Made by a program: the position numbers and the translations under genes. From Coniocarpon cinnabarinum (lineage: Eukaryota): a stretch of DNA of 47,898 nt. Positions 36,015-47,630 of the stretch are shown piece by piece. The stretch lies in contig JAVECO010000173.1 of the NCBI GenBank assembly GCA_051942205.1, forward strand, positions 1 to 47,898, read 5' to 3'. Below the pieces are notes generated by a model, which did not search any database, was not told the origin of the DNA, and saw only the letters and a list, made by a program, of their open reading frames with translations. Within the stretch, counting starts at the first letter, position 1. Every line of letters starts with the position of its first letter.

Positions 36015-37721
36015 TCAAGCCTTTCCACTGTCAATCACTCCATCCAGATCCTCCTCGGTGCCGCTGTCAATCTTCTCATCTGACAGCTCCGGCACTTCGT
36101 CATTCCCTCTCCCCGGCGACCTTTTCCGGCCATGAACCACCAACGCCTTCGCAACGCCCACCGGCCCACTTCCCTCGTCGTCGACAGCGCAATCGTCACC
36201 CACGTATGTGTTATCGTTGGCTCCATCAACGTTACCGCTGCTGTCGCGACTCATGAGCGGCACAAACTTCCAGCCTCTGACCGCTTCGCTTTCTTTTCGC
36301 AGGATCTTGGCGTCACCCGCCTCTCGCTCGTCGCCCAAGTCCACCCAGCCGTCCTCGTCCAGTTCCGCCGCCTCGCCTGCTTGTTCCAAGTTGTACTTCT
36401 CCACCTCGATCCCCCTCCTCCTGAGCATTTCGAGAATCGCACGCACGTTCAACGCAATCAGCCGCGTCGGCTCTTCAGCCTTGGCAAGGTATTTCGTCAG
36501 TCGCGGAAACAGGGGTCCGAAATCTGATTGTGAGAGATGCGCAGAGGCGGCCGGGTAGAAGATCAATGGATTTTGGAACTGTGCAGGATAGTCTGCAGGA
36601 GGTTTGAAAGCCTGAAGGATCTCTTCGCGATTCGAGCGCCACTCGTAAAATGCTTGAGACATCACTGTCAGGTAGGGTGGTTCGGTGGTCGGGTCTTGAT
36701 ACGCGGGAAGAGGCTGTACGTGCAAGAACGACTGTGCAGGATTGACAAGGGGTAGTCCCCAAGGGTCGAGAAAGATGGCAGGCGTGCGAGACGTGATTTG
36801 AGATGTGAGTGCTGGCGTGGGTGTGATGGGCGTATACAGCGAAGATGGAGCGTGGTGACCTTGACTGTAGAACACTGACTTGAGAAGTTGAAACATGGTC
36901 GTCGCACCGAAACTGTGGCCAACAAAGGTGACTGCGCCAGGCGAGAGATCGAGACGATGTTTCAGCTGCCCGAGAACGGCCGTGCTGCCGTCAGTGGAGT
37001 CATGCAAATCTTCAAGGCGTGGTGTACCATCATTGACGACCGCGAGAGCCTCGGCCAGCGCACTGATTTCCCACATCCGGACGCGCAGCTGCTCATCGCG
37101 GCCCTGGAACGTTTCGCGACATGGCTGATGCTTCAATGTGATGTATGGGACGTGTCGAGAAGCCTCCTCTTCTGTCTCGCGAACGAAGCTGGCAGGCTGT
37201 GAGCCGTCACGGTGGTCAGGCGCGGCGACAACCAAGCCGTAGGAGGCGAGCGTTCCGCAGATGTAGCTATAGGCGTTACGAGAGCCGCCGAGGCCGTGTG
37301 AGAAAATGAGGACGGGCCAGGGCCGTGTGGACTGAGCGTAGGCGGCGGAGGAACCTTGGGTGGAAAGTGGACTTGCTACCGGCGCATCACGACACGCAGG
37401 AAGCGAAGCGTACTTGAGTTGCGGAAGTGCGTACGCTGTCCAGGAGGCTATTGACGAGCTGAGTCCTAAGAAGCGGTACACGCTCGCTAGGTATTCCTGC
37501 TGAGGCTGCGATATCCATCTCACGGGTTTGGAAGATCTGGCGCCATGCTGGCACGGATAGTATAGTCGCAGAGCAACGGTCGCCGGTGCAGACTCTGGCT
37601 TTTGCACGGTCTGTGGAAGTGAGGATGCAGGGATTTCAAGGTCGATTGTGCCCACCGGGTAAGGACCACTGTAAGGAGGAAAACATGGTGTAGGATTGAG
37701 CAGTGAGCTCAGACTTCTCAT
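36015..37721 (-). CDS. Platelet-activating factor acetylhydrolase-like alpha/beta hydrolase (PAF-AH p II family)
   Basis: Intronless 568 aa. YSGPYPVGTIDLEIP, LYYP, IFSHGLGGSRNAYS, HRDGS, nucleophile GHSFG, LDPW, SAHLSQSDFG. Confidence 0.85.
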   Translation of the reverse strand: MRSLSSLLNPTPCFPPYSGPYPVGTIDLEIPASSLPQTVQKPESAPATVALRLYYPCQHGARSSKPVRWISQPQQEYLASVYRFLGLSSSIASWTAYALPQLKYASLPACRDAPVASPLSTQGSSAAYAQSTRPWPVLIFSHGLGGSRNAYSYICGTLASYGLVVAAPDHRDGSQPASFVRETEEEASRHVPYITLKHQPCRETFQGRDEQLRVRMWEISALAEALAVVNDGTPRLEDLHDSTDGSTAVLGQLKHRLDLSPGAVTFVGHSFGATTMFQLLKSVFYSQGHHAPSSLYTPITPTPALTSQITSRTPAIFLDPWGLPLVNPAQSFLHVQPLPAYQDPTTEPPYLTVMSQAFYEWRSNREEILQAFKPPADYPAQFQNPLIFYPAASAHLSQSDFGPLFPRLTKYLAKAEEPTRLIALNVRAILEMLRRRGIEVEKYNLEQAGEAAELDEDGWVDLGDEREAGDAKILRKESEAVRGWKFVPLMSRDSSGNVDGANDNTYVGDDCAVDDEGSGPVGVAKALVVHGRKRSPGRGNDEVPELSDEKIDSGTEEDLDGVIDSGKA

Positions 37722-38120
37722 ATCTTTCTACGCAGCACCGCCAACCAACGCCCTGTGACCGCTGGCCCAACTAGAAAAGAGGTCCAGCAGCCGTGAAAAT
37801 GCCGGTATATCGTGCCAAGATGTGGCCTTCTTTTGATATGGAAAGGTAGGGAACGAAGGATGCTGCGGGTTTTGGCGGTGCTGGGGCTGATGCAACGCAG
37901 GACGGACAGGTGTTACAAAGTGGAGGAGGATGCGGATAGGGACAAAGATGGTGGCGTTTGCTCTTTGCAGCCGCGGGAGGCGATGAAGCTGGACGGGTGG
38001 CACGATGGATGAAAAGGTGACGCAGGCCGGAGACGAAGACAGGAAGAGTGTCGCGTGCGCGGCAGGACGGGCGCCAATGCCCGCAATTTGCAAATCCCGA
38101 TCGGCCCCCACCGCCGCGTG

Positions 38121-38181
38121 TCACGTGCGTGGGTGTCTGGACTCTGGGGTCTTGGTTTTCACGTGACTCTGGCTGACGTCA
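38121..38181. promoter_or_regulatory. Cluster of bHLH/bZIP palindromes upstream of the PAF-AH gene
   Basis: CACGTG 38122-38127; TCACGTGA 38159-38166 overlapping TGACTC; TGACGTCA 38174-38181. Confidence 0.45.
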
Positions 38182-38362
38182 CTCTTCATGCTCTTGCAGG
38201 CGGGGACCTCACCACCTTACCTGCCTTATATTGTGATGAGCAGACAGAGCAATCCGAGCTTGGTGGAGCAGCACTGAAGCAGCGAGCAATCCACTGCTCA
38301 GCACATCTGCAGCGTGGCCGCGTGCGTGGTCGGGCGCATGAAGGGGCCGTCATCCCCCTCGC

Positions 38363-39984
38363 TTACCCTTGCCATTTCAACTTGCGTTGGAGGTACCGGA
38401 TAATGTATGTGCACGACACAAGAACAGGCACTTCAATCAATGGGCCTGCCGTGCTGGCCAGTGCTTGCCCGCTTGATGCGCCGTAGACCGCCACCACAAC
38501 GGCGATGGCAAGCTCGAAGTTGTTGCTCGCGACGGTGAAACTTTGCGTGCAGCTCACCCGATAGCCAAACCCAAACTTCCAGCAGAGAAAAATTGTGAAG
38601 CTGAAGGTAGTGGCAAAATACACCACCAGAGGGGCGCAGACCCGAAGCAGGTCCGTAATCTGATGGACGGCATTCTTGCCCTCCGAACCAAACAGGACGA
38701 TGATGGTGTAGAGAAGACCAATCAGAGAGAGAGGCCCAACAGTACGGATAAAGTAGTGCTGGTATCGACGCTCGCCCAAGAGGTATCGCAAACTGAGGCG
38801 AGTTGCAATAGCCGCGCCGAGAGGTATGCCTGACTGTTGTGAGAAGCTGCGATACCGGACAATTTCGGAAGTGGGCATACCAAGAAATACACCAACACTC
38901 TGTGCCACCAGCGAATAGCTCAAGCCCGCTAAGTCGTTATCGTTGCTTACAACATTGGTGTAGAAGACCGCAAATGGTGCAAAGAGAATCATTTGCAGGA
39001 CTGAATTGAACGCCACCTGGGTCCTTCGCAGTCAGCTCAAATTACGTGAAAGATCAGGTCGTGCGGATCATGCACACCTTTGACTTACAAGTATTGCGCA
39101 GTAGTCACCGTCACCGTTGCTCAGGTCTGTCCAAATTAGCACCATGGCGATACATCGTGCAATGCCAACGAAGATCAATCCTTCACGTAGATCTTTGCGA
39201 TCGGGTAAAAATGCCCAGGCTAATCCAGTCATCAAGAGCGGGGCAAGAATCCAATTGAGGACAAAGGACAGACCGATGTGCATCCACAACGATCGCTCGC
39301 GTAACAGCAGGTGTAACTAGCGTTCAGACGAGTAAGCGATTGGATCCGGTTTGAAGCAGCGATTGGCCGTGATGAAAGTTTGGGAGCACCTACCGTCTCA
39401 AAGCGAACCTTGCACAAAATAGGGTACCTTGGTAGAGTCAGTCGGCATCATCTCTCAGACGCGCCATACCAAGTATGAGTCCTGTGGACAAGGAAACAGA
39501 CATCATGACTAGAAGCCCAACGGCAATGGGGACGCTCACGCCAACAAAGGTACTTTGCTGCAATGCCGGACCTGTCGACGGGACAAGGTTGGACAAGATG
39601 ATTCCGATAGCCATTGCAAGCAGAATCCATATCACTAGGAATCGATCCAGGATACTGAGACCTCTCAGTGGTGCGATCGCTCGCGGTACTTGGCTGGTTG
39701 GCTCAGCTGCATGTCCTGTAGGCTGCAATCAGCATTCCATCGACCAGCCATGCCATGGTTCGAGCGAGCAAGGAGACCCTGATGTGATGAATTTTAGGTC
39801 CGTAGCGATGCTTGACTTCAGGCTCACCCGACGTTGAGTTATCCTCGTCAACCTTTGCAGAGTCCTTTTCTGGGTCTATGTCTCGTGCAGTACCAAAAGC
39901 ATCTCCCAAGTAGCTCTGACGTCTATTGTTTTCATGCCGGCCACATTCCTCGCTTCTAATTGCTGCATGCTCAACAGTGTCCAT
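38363..39984 (-). CDS. ACR3: Arsenite/antimonite efflux permease (Acr3 family)
   Basis: LDRFLVIWILLAMAIGI, PIAVGLLVMMYPILCKVRFE, NWILAP, GIARCIAMVLIW, VAFNSVLQM, SNNFELAIAV, GPLIEVPVL; five predicted introns. Start is 39984 or the in-frame ATG at 40074. Confidence 0.9.
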
Positions 39985-40391
39985 CACCGAACAGTTCTTG
40001 GCGTGACCAGCTACCTTGGAATACTGCACGATGTCTGCATTGAGAGAGAATGGGAACACAGGATGAGAATTCATTCGGTGGAGCTTCTTGCCACTAGAGG
40101 AAAATAGCGCGAGTACCGATGGGCCTTCCCAGATGGCACTGTTACTGCCAATGCCGGCTTCGTTTCGTTCTCCTCATTGCTGAGACTGATTGCATTTGTG
40201 TTATGTAAATTAATTCTGAGCTTCGCTCAGGAAACTGCAGATGTGAAGTCTATAGGTCTAGGGCCCATGCGACCAACGGTCATCCGACCTTTGTCAAACT
40301 TCTGGGTGGTCCATGATAACATGCATTGGTATGCTTTTTCCTCCATTTTTCCAATTTCTTGACCGCAGGCGGCATGCAATGATCTATCTCG

Positions 40392-41878
40392 TTACATTTT
40401 TGAAGACAGTTTTGCGGGAGGGACACCTATCCCGTTGCAGTTGCGGAAGAACATGACACCTTTCTCTTCGCCCTGAGTCCCCTCGATGGGTTCTACGTAT
40501 TGGCAAGTCCGCTGACTCCTCCACAAACTTTTCAGAAAGCCAAGCGCCCCACCCCTGGTGTCACTTCGGTAATGTCGGCCCATGACAGGCTTGACTGCCT
40601 CAGTCGCCTCGTCAGCATTGTAGAAGGGGATGGTGCTGACATAATGATGCAAGACGTGGGTCTCGATGATGCCGTGGAAGATGTGGGGTCCGATGGGCCA
40701 AAAGTCGCGATCAATGGTTGCTGCAGCCCCACGTGTAAAGTTCCACGATTCCGCGGAATAGTGGGGCAGAGACGGGTCCGTATGTTGGAGATAAGTGATG
40801 GCCACTGCGCTCTTGTCAGCTTCAGACCCCGCCTCATGCACGCCTGCGGCTTACCTAGCCAGTGATTGACCCAAAGATAGGGCAAGAAATACCAGACAAG
40901 AACATTATACCATCCGCAGCGTTGGCCAAGGTAATACAGCGTGCCAATGGCCAGTAACAAGCCCAGATCGCTCCAGAGGATCAGGTACTCATCCTTTTTG
41001 TCAAAAAGCGGACTGGAAGGCGCAAAATGGTTCACACCGCCGAACAATCCATTCTTTTTCCTGTCTCCCTTCCCCTCGTTCTGTTTTTCGTGGTTATTGT
41101 GGCCTGTGGAGTTGATAAACACATACATAGGCCAGCCAACGAGTTGCTGACCGACGAGGCTGAGAAAAGACACAATGGGAGTGTCTTCCGTCAGCTCGTG
41201 AATCTCATGCGTCAGTTTGCCGTACGCCGAGGTGTACTGCTCCCGTGTAGGCGGGCAGAACACCATGTCACGCTCCAGGTTGCCAGTAGCTTTGTGATGC
41301 TTGCCATGTGAGATCTTCCAAGAGAAGAAGGGTACCAACAAGGCCGAGTGGATGACGAAGCCCACAGCATTGTTCAGCCTTTTAGATGCCGAGAAAGCCT
41401 GATGCCCACACTCATGCGCGATCACCCATAAACCAGTGCCGAAGAGGCCCTGAATGAAAGTATACACAGCCCAGAGTCCGGCTCGAAGCACAGATGATGA
41501 GATTGTATCAGGCGTGACGTATCGATGAAATATGTAAAAAGTCACAGCCAATGACAGGACATCTCTGGCAATGTAGGAAAAGCCTTTGACGGCAGAGCGC
41601 TCGTAGCAGTGAGCTGGAATGGCGTCACGAATGTCCTTGATGGTGTAGTCGGGAAGCTTAAACTCGTTGCCGTAGGTATCGACCAGTCTCGATGGACCAA
41701 GGGGCTTTTTGGAAGATTCTGCGTCGCTCAGCGAGGACAGAGAGGTGGAGGAGGGCGATCGTTGCGGTGAGTCAAACGGACTGCCTGACGGACTCGGTGA
41801 GTTGGAAGGAACAGTCGAGTCGACCTGGAGGGTTCGCCTCGAAGCCGCTTGCTGGGCAGGCAAGGCAGTGGTAGACAT
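40392..41878 (-). CDS. Delta-12 (oleate) fatty acid desaturase (OdeA/FAD2-like)
   Basis: ATG 41878; DTYGNEFKLPDYTIKDIRDAIPAHCYERS, His boxes HECGH, HGKHH, HVLHH; WVNHWL / VAITYLQHTDP joined across one intron (GTAAGC ~40855 to CAG ~40806). Confidence 0.93.
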
Positions 41879-42715
41879 TTGGCCTTTCGGGGAGGGGAGG
41901 GGATTTTTTCCTTTCTCTTTTTGAATTCGAGGAGAGAAGGGCGAACAGCTTGCGACCAGGTGGGAACACCAGGCTCTTCTAAACCCCCATCTCTGGACTG
42001 TGAAAGAGGACAAGATTGCACAAGGCTGCACGGCGGAGGGAGGAAAGGTGTGCAAGTGGAAAGGGAGGAATGAGGGAGGACAATAACGCCTGCAGTGGGC
42101 GAGCTAGACCAAAAGGACCAGCAACACGAGCGGCCAGTCAGCGGCCAAGGCCAACAAGCAGAGGCGTGAATACCTAGGAGAGGAGCTGTCGTTTGCTCGA
42201 GCACTGGCAGGTTGGGAGTCTGGAGCCGACCACGCACTACCGCTCTGCGTGGCTCGAAATTTCTGTTTCTGTTGAAAAAGCGCTCTTGGCAGAGCTCCAA
42301 TGCGCTAGGCCAGCTAGTCAGGCTACCGCCAGTCGGGCTAGCCAGGGTCCGGCGTTAGCGCATATCTAACGGCGGCGCGGCGATCGACGCTTCATGTGCA
42401 GAGCTGTCTCCGACCGCCATTCGTCGTTTCGGTGTGCTGCCGGAAAGCGCAGGGCACGGCCACTGACGGGACAGACGTCCAAAGGTCCAGTTCTGTCTGC
42501 ATCGGGGGAGGGCACAAGCCAGCTGTGCACGCCCACGGTGCGTGCAGGCATCGAGCACGGGCGCGCTGGATCTACACTCGAAACAGTGGGTGAGTTTCGC
42601 ACCGTGAAACGAGCGCGTGGGTCGTCGAACGCCTCGGACGTCATCCGCCGTCGCCTAACGCGGCAGGCCCGAAGCTATCTACAGCTGACCGCATGTTGGA
42701 TGTCGACCGTGACAT

Positions 42716-42753
42716 GTGCAAATGCAAGTGCAAGTGCAAGTGCAAGTGCAAGT
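42716..42753. repeat. Hexanucleotide microsatellite (GTGCAA)n
   Basis: gtgcaa atgcaa gtgcaa gtgcaa gtgcaa gtgcaa gt; about six units. Confidence 0.85.
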
Positions 42754-43160
42754 GCCCGGGCATGTGGGCGCGCATGTGGGCAGCCCGCATCATGCTGGCG
42801 TTGTATGCAGGAACAACCGAGGGTCTGAGATCGTGACAGCTCTGAGGGGCCGGGGCTTGCAGGTTGGCCCTCCATCTCCATCTCCTCGCAGGCTGCCGGC
42901 TTCATGTGTCTGACACGAGCTGCAGCTGCTCTCCACGACGCAGCATCTGCTTGCTTCGTATCTCTCCTCGTCACCCCCGAGCTCGTCTCAAGGCCTTCGT
43001 ATCCGTGCTGAAAGTGGTAAATGCTCTGCCGATGTAGCTGTGCCCAGAAGGAGAGCGGGAAGAGCTAGTGGCGTGGGGTGGTTGCCGATGTTGGAGTCGA
43101 CAGAGACGCCGTGAGCCTCCGCAAGGACTCGCCACGGCATGGAAAGGAGTGCAAGGGCCG

Positions 43161-43245
43161 GCCACGACACAAGAACAAATGCAAGCAAAGGCCACGACAC
43201 ACGAACAAATGCAAGCAAAGGCCACGACACATGAAAGGTTGCAAG
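43161..43245. repeat. 30-bp minisatellite, ~2.8 copies
   Basis: gccacgacacaagaacaaatgcaagcaaag / gccacgacacacgaacaaatgcaagcaaag / gccacgacacatgaaaggttgcaag. Confidence 0.85.
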
Positions 43246-44210
43246 AGATTCCCCTAAGAATAGCATCACTCTCTGATATCATCCGGCTTGGACAACAATT
43301 GGTGCGCTGCATCATTCAGAATCGTGCCCCAGCGTCCACGCCCAAAGTGTGATAGAAAGCGTTGCAGCTCTATGAATCGCACGGCTGTCTGGGGTGTTGC
43401 GATGGGCCAACTAGCTTCCGAGCTATATGATCGAGTTACTCCCACCAAGGCTTTGAGAGTCGCATCTCCCGTGTTCCAGCATGCAAACGCTCCAACCATG
43501 TGGGATCAGCCTACACTGGTTTCAGCACGAGTTTCGAATCGAGTACCGAATTTCGCCCCGCAGTGGCGTGAGCAGCGACGTTTGGCCGAGTCTGCCAGAT
43601 ACATCCCTCGCCAACACTTCAACTGCTTAAAAGCCGTGTTGGAGCTTTGCAGGTGTGACCTTGATACGTGAAGAACAGATCACAGTAAGCAAAGGCGGCC
43701 GCCTTAGCCCCTGCAAGCTCGACCGGGCTCGTGTCGGTATGTATAACTAGGAACATCATCTCAGCGCGGCCAGCGCCCTTCACAGGCGATCATGACGGCA
43801 GCGCACAGGTAGCTAGGATGCGGGACAATGTCCGGGAAAAGTATGAGACAACAGCAAAGAGCACAGTATGTCAAGACGATGAGACCCTCGCAGCAATGAG
43901 GAGCGGATGCATCAGGGTCTGGGCGAAAGGAACAAGCGAAGATTCTCGTAGTAGGTGATAGCGCCAAACTGACGGGACCAGCACTTTGACTTCGAAGACT
44001 TGTTTATTTCGCGTTGGGCTCTGGAGTACCGTACATGCTCATGATATGCAAATACCTTGCAAGGGAATCCGTCTCTTACCTTCTGAGAAAGATCTCGTCT
44101 GAATGCAATAGACCCAAACCACATTTGTGTACTTACGGAAATCCATTGATGCACATGCGATTGCGAATGCTCATCGTTTTGTTGCCCGCCCGGGCTTTGG
44201 TGTGGGCAAT

Positions 44211-45755
44211 TCATCGATGTAGAATATGCAACTTGCACCACGCTATAAGACGGGGAGATCGGCCGTTGGTCTCGCTTTTCTCCTTTCTTGGCGGTGTTCG
44301 CGGAGTATGCCGAAAATTCACGTGTTCGATAGAACTTTCTCGTTTGCTGAGTGCAGGCTCAGAGGTTGTATCTTTGGAAAGACAGCGGTCGACATCCGGC
44401 ATGGAATATTCTTGCTGCCGCCTTGGGCATTCCTTAGCACGTAAAACGCCAAGGGCGTGAGATTCATCGCTCTTCTTGTGCTGCTGCTCCTGCGTTTTGC
44501 GGTCATGTTTCTCTTTCATTTTCCTGTCGCGCTCTTCGTATCGTTGTGCTTTTTGCGCCTGCCGCTGCTTGAATTCCTCTCGCGCGAGATCTACGGCAGC
44601 GAGACGACTGGCTTCGCTGATCACGGGCGTGCTGGCCTTGGATCCAGAGCTGATGCAACGTTTGAAGCTGAGCGAACGATCGGTCGACAGTCGTGCAGGT
44701 GACGAGCTAGCAGCACTTTCGTCGACAGACTGCGCTGTGCTGCGATGAGAGCGAGCCTTCACCGTATTCAATGTTGATTGAGAAGTACTGGCTGGCTCCT
44801 TTATGAACGAGCCGAATGAAAGTCTGTTCTTATTTCCTGGGCGACATGGGTGTTCAACAGAAGCCTTTGACATGGCACTGCACTTTTGGGAGCTGGTGCT
44901 GCGAGTCATTACGGGCGACTTCGAACCTGATGGTAACCCGGTCGCGTCGAATGTCGCTGCACGTTGGGGTAGCCCGGCTTGATCGATGCTGGGTCCAAGA
45001 GGAGTAGAATCGACAGCGTTGGGGCAGAGTCTCCACTCCATTTCTGTAAAAGAATGACGATTGACAAGGGGGGTATGTGGACGCGGTGGGAGCGATATGG
45101 GCATCATGAAATCGGCTCGTGGGCCAAACCCAATTTCGCTGGCCGGAATCGCATTCGCTGACTGCGAACGTTGGTGCGCTGTCGATCGAGATAAGGAGCT
45201 ACTGAACCCTCTGACCGCTTCAGGACTCTGCGGGTGTGTGGAGATTGGAAATCCTAAACGTTTCTCGTTTTCCTCCATTGACAGAGAGAGATCGATTGCA
45301 TTGGCGTGGTACTCTTTACTGCGCAGCCGTTTATGCAGTGTCTTCAGGTACTTATCGGCAGAGAGCGAGCGATCATGCTTGGCTCTGCGCCCTTGCGTCC
45401 CGCGCTCCGCAGCGTTTGATGATGTCAACTCTTGATGTGCCGCGTTGCACCGATGCTGGTCCAGGGAGCGACGACCAAGATGCTTGACAAGCTGGGTTTT
45501 CAAAGGGCCTGCGTCGTTCGTATGCTTTCTGTACGGAATCTCATGCATGCTACTGCTGAATGGATCACACGATGATTGGGTTGGAGAGAATAATGTTTCG
45601 GCGCCTGCGCCAAGTTCATCATCACTGATCAGCCTTGCTGACCGGATAGGAGAGAGTAGAGGATCATAGTTTTCAGGCTTAGACCGCTTCCGGAGTTGGA
45701 AACTGGAGAAAATGCCTGAGTGACTAGGATGCTGGATCAAAGTAGCCGCCGCCAT
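44211..45755 (-). CDS. Hypothetical Ser-rich fungal protein with a C-terminal charged coiled coil
   Basis: Uninterrupted ~514-codon ORF from ATG 45755 (MAAATLIQHP). AIDLSLSMEENE motif, AREEFKQRQAQKAQRYEER helix, terminal LIAWCKLHILHR. No recognisable catalytic domain. Confidence 0.65.
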   Translation of the reverse strand: MAAATLIQHPSHSGIFSSFQLRKRSKPENYDPLLSPIRSARLISDDELGAGAETLFSPTQSSCDPFSSSMHEIPYRKHTNDAGPLKTQLVKHLGRRSLDQHRCNAAHQELTSSNAAERGTQGRRAKHDRSLSADKYLKTLHKRLRSKEYHANAIDLSLSMEENEKRLGFPISTHPQSPEAVRGFSSSLSRSTAHQRSQSANAIPASEIGFGPRADFMMPISLPPRPHTPLVNRHSFTEMEWRLCPNAVDSTPLGPSIDQAGLPQRAATFDATGLPSGSKSPVMTRSTSSQKCSAMSKASVEHPCRPGNKNRLSFGSFIKEPASTSQSTLNTVKARSHRSTAQSVDESAASSSPARLSTDRSLSFKRCISSGSKASTPVISEASRLAAVDLAREEFKQRQAQKAQRYEERDRKMKEKHDRKTQEQQHKKSDESHALGVLRAKECPRRQQEYSMPDVDRCLSKDTTSEPALSKRESSIEHVNFRHTPRTPPRKEKSETNGRSPRLIAWCKLHILHR

Positions 45756-47630
45756 CCGGTAGACTGCCTGTTCAGCTGAGCCGTACTTGTAAATGCGAGC
45801 GCATGCCAAGTAAGCGATGAAGCGCAAGAGCTTGTGAGCGACACCAGGACTTGGAAAACTAGCAGTGGAGAGGCTTGGATGAGAGTGAGTCGTCGACGTT
45901 CAAGAGATGGGACGAAAAGCAATGGGACGCGGAGGCTTCGGAGGTGGGAGACGAAGTGATGGTCATTGTTTGTTGTCGAACCGGCTACCTACCTATTGAG
46001 AACCCTAGAGCCTCAAAGCTTGGCGCCGACGATCTCCGCCACCCGCCAGCTCCACCTGCAGCGTCCGGCAGGGTGTGAATCCGCCCAATCAACTGCCACC
46101 ATCTCGCCTGCAGGTGGTGAACGTTACGACTGCATGCGGATTGCGGCATGCACGTGCACGACGCGCAGCGATCTCGACAGCTCGCCTAGCGTTCGCTGGG
46201 CCAGAGGCATCGAACACGCAAGCCTTGCATCACCGCTGTGGCACTCCAGCATGCGCACGCGTAATCACCGAGGCCTCGCGCTCGTCTGCAGCCGTTTCCA
46301 ATTTGCGTGCCAACCTGTGCGGTATGCGTAGTGTCGAGGTCTCTGTATTAAGTAGTACAAAGTACCCAGAGTCACAATTTGATCTCAGGTGCTGGGCTCC
46401 TCAGCTTTTGCCGCAACCGGAAACTGGGTGGGTAGTGCAAAAGGCACGGGCCGCAGAGTCTGGAAGGCTACCTATTAGCCCCTCTGTTGGAATGAGCCAA
46501 TTACACGCCAAGTTCGTCTGTTTCCACTGGATATATCGCTGGGATGCATATAGCTAGTCTTCTTTTAGCTTAGAGTGCCTACCCTACTAGCATAGAGTTG
46601 TATAAATATTCTCTTCGATAACTTTTGTTGCGCTCAATTCTTTGGTTAGAAGGTCAGCGCCACCAGCTCGGCCGGAGCTAATACCTTTCCATCTGAATTG
46701 CATCGATCCTGTATGAATGTGCAGTGATGATGTTTGAAATCCCATCAATAGACCGCTTGGATCTAGTCTACGATAGAATTGGTCGCACGCCAGTCTTCGG
46801 ACAGAGCTTCGATCCCGCCGCCGCTTGTGCAGGGTCAATCGGGCTCATCACATCCCCCATTTGGTGCGGATCACCTCACGTGAAATCGTCTCAGTGCACA
46901 TGGCGTGGACCTCTCTCTTATATAGGAACTGCGTAGCTACCTGCCTAGTTAGCAAGGCCATCAGCGAACGCGTCACCTGCCATGTAAGTAACATTCCTCG
47001 AGCTTACGCAAACCGAATCCTGCACACACGCCTACACGGGTCCGCATCGTACGCACGGCGTGGTGGTTAATCCGTGAAGAGACCCGTGAGCTTTCTGGTG
47101 ATTTAATAATGTGCAGGTCGTCGCCCGTCTTCGTTACGGCCTTGCGGGATCGGGCTGGCTCTATGGTCCTAGTCGTCTCGCTCTGTCCAGTTTCCGACCA
47201 AAAGCTCGGAGTGCATTATCGGATTTTCCATCTACGCTGCAGGGACTTAGAGGTATGGAGACAACGTACGCTTTGAGCCATTCCAGCATTTAGCGCACGA
47301 GAATGTCCCATGCACCGGTGACCTTTCCATGATTTTGATATCCTCTACTGGTACGGACACAAGGATCACCGCTTTGTCTGCATGTCAATTACAAAGAGGC
47401 TTCATCGATACGGGAGGCGTAATCCATCAGGTTTCCCAAATAGTATCTGGATAGATCTTTGTTGTTGTTGTCAACTACTTAAGCCCCCAGCAAGATGGCG
47501 TATGTTACTTCTCTTCCTCCTCTACCATCTCGTCCTCTGGTCAAATAGACTGTTGGCTGCCAAATATTAAGTAACGCATAATACTTCTGTTCGATTTCAG
47601 TGAATCCGAAAACAGGCTCGACAACTGACG

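Noticed and set aside
7524..38880. Four in-frame, stop-free introns that the ORF track reads through (7524-7577 CDC50, 15635-15691 CHS7, 24364-24426 DUF1996, 38830-38880 ACR3)
   Set aside because: They have GT-AG ends and interrupt conserved motifs, so they are introns rather than insertions. Roughly one in seven ~55-nt introns should be 3n and stop-free by chance, so four among about 40 is not an excess.
40392..40403. C-terminal SKM on the desaturase resembling a PTS1
   Set aside because: Delta-12 desaturases are polytopic ER membrane proteins, so a matrix import signal is most likely coincidental.
41879..42055. 59-codon open extension upstream of the desaturase ATG
   Set aside because: It is a pyrimidine-rich leader that lacks stops by composition. 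The translation is not protein-like and I saw no convincing near-cognate start context.
43161..43245. 30-bp repeats as a CRISPR-like array
   Set aside because: The units are directly adjacent with no unique spacers, the context is eukaryotic, and there are no cas genes.
43288..43958. Scattered plus-strand ORFs between the desaturase and the hypothetical gene
   Set aside because: I could not build a consistent exon chain or find family motifs. A small or degenerate gene cannot be excluded without RNA data.
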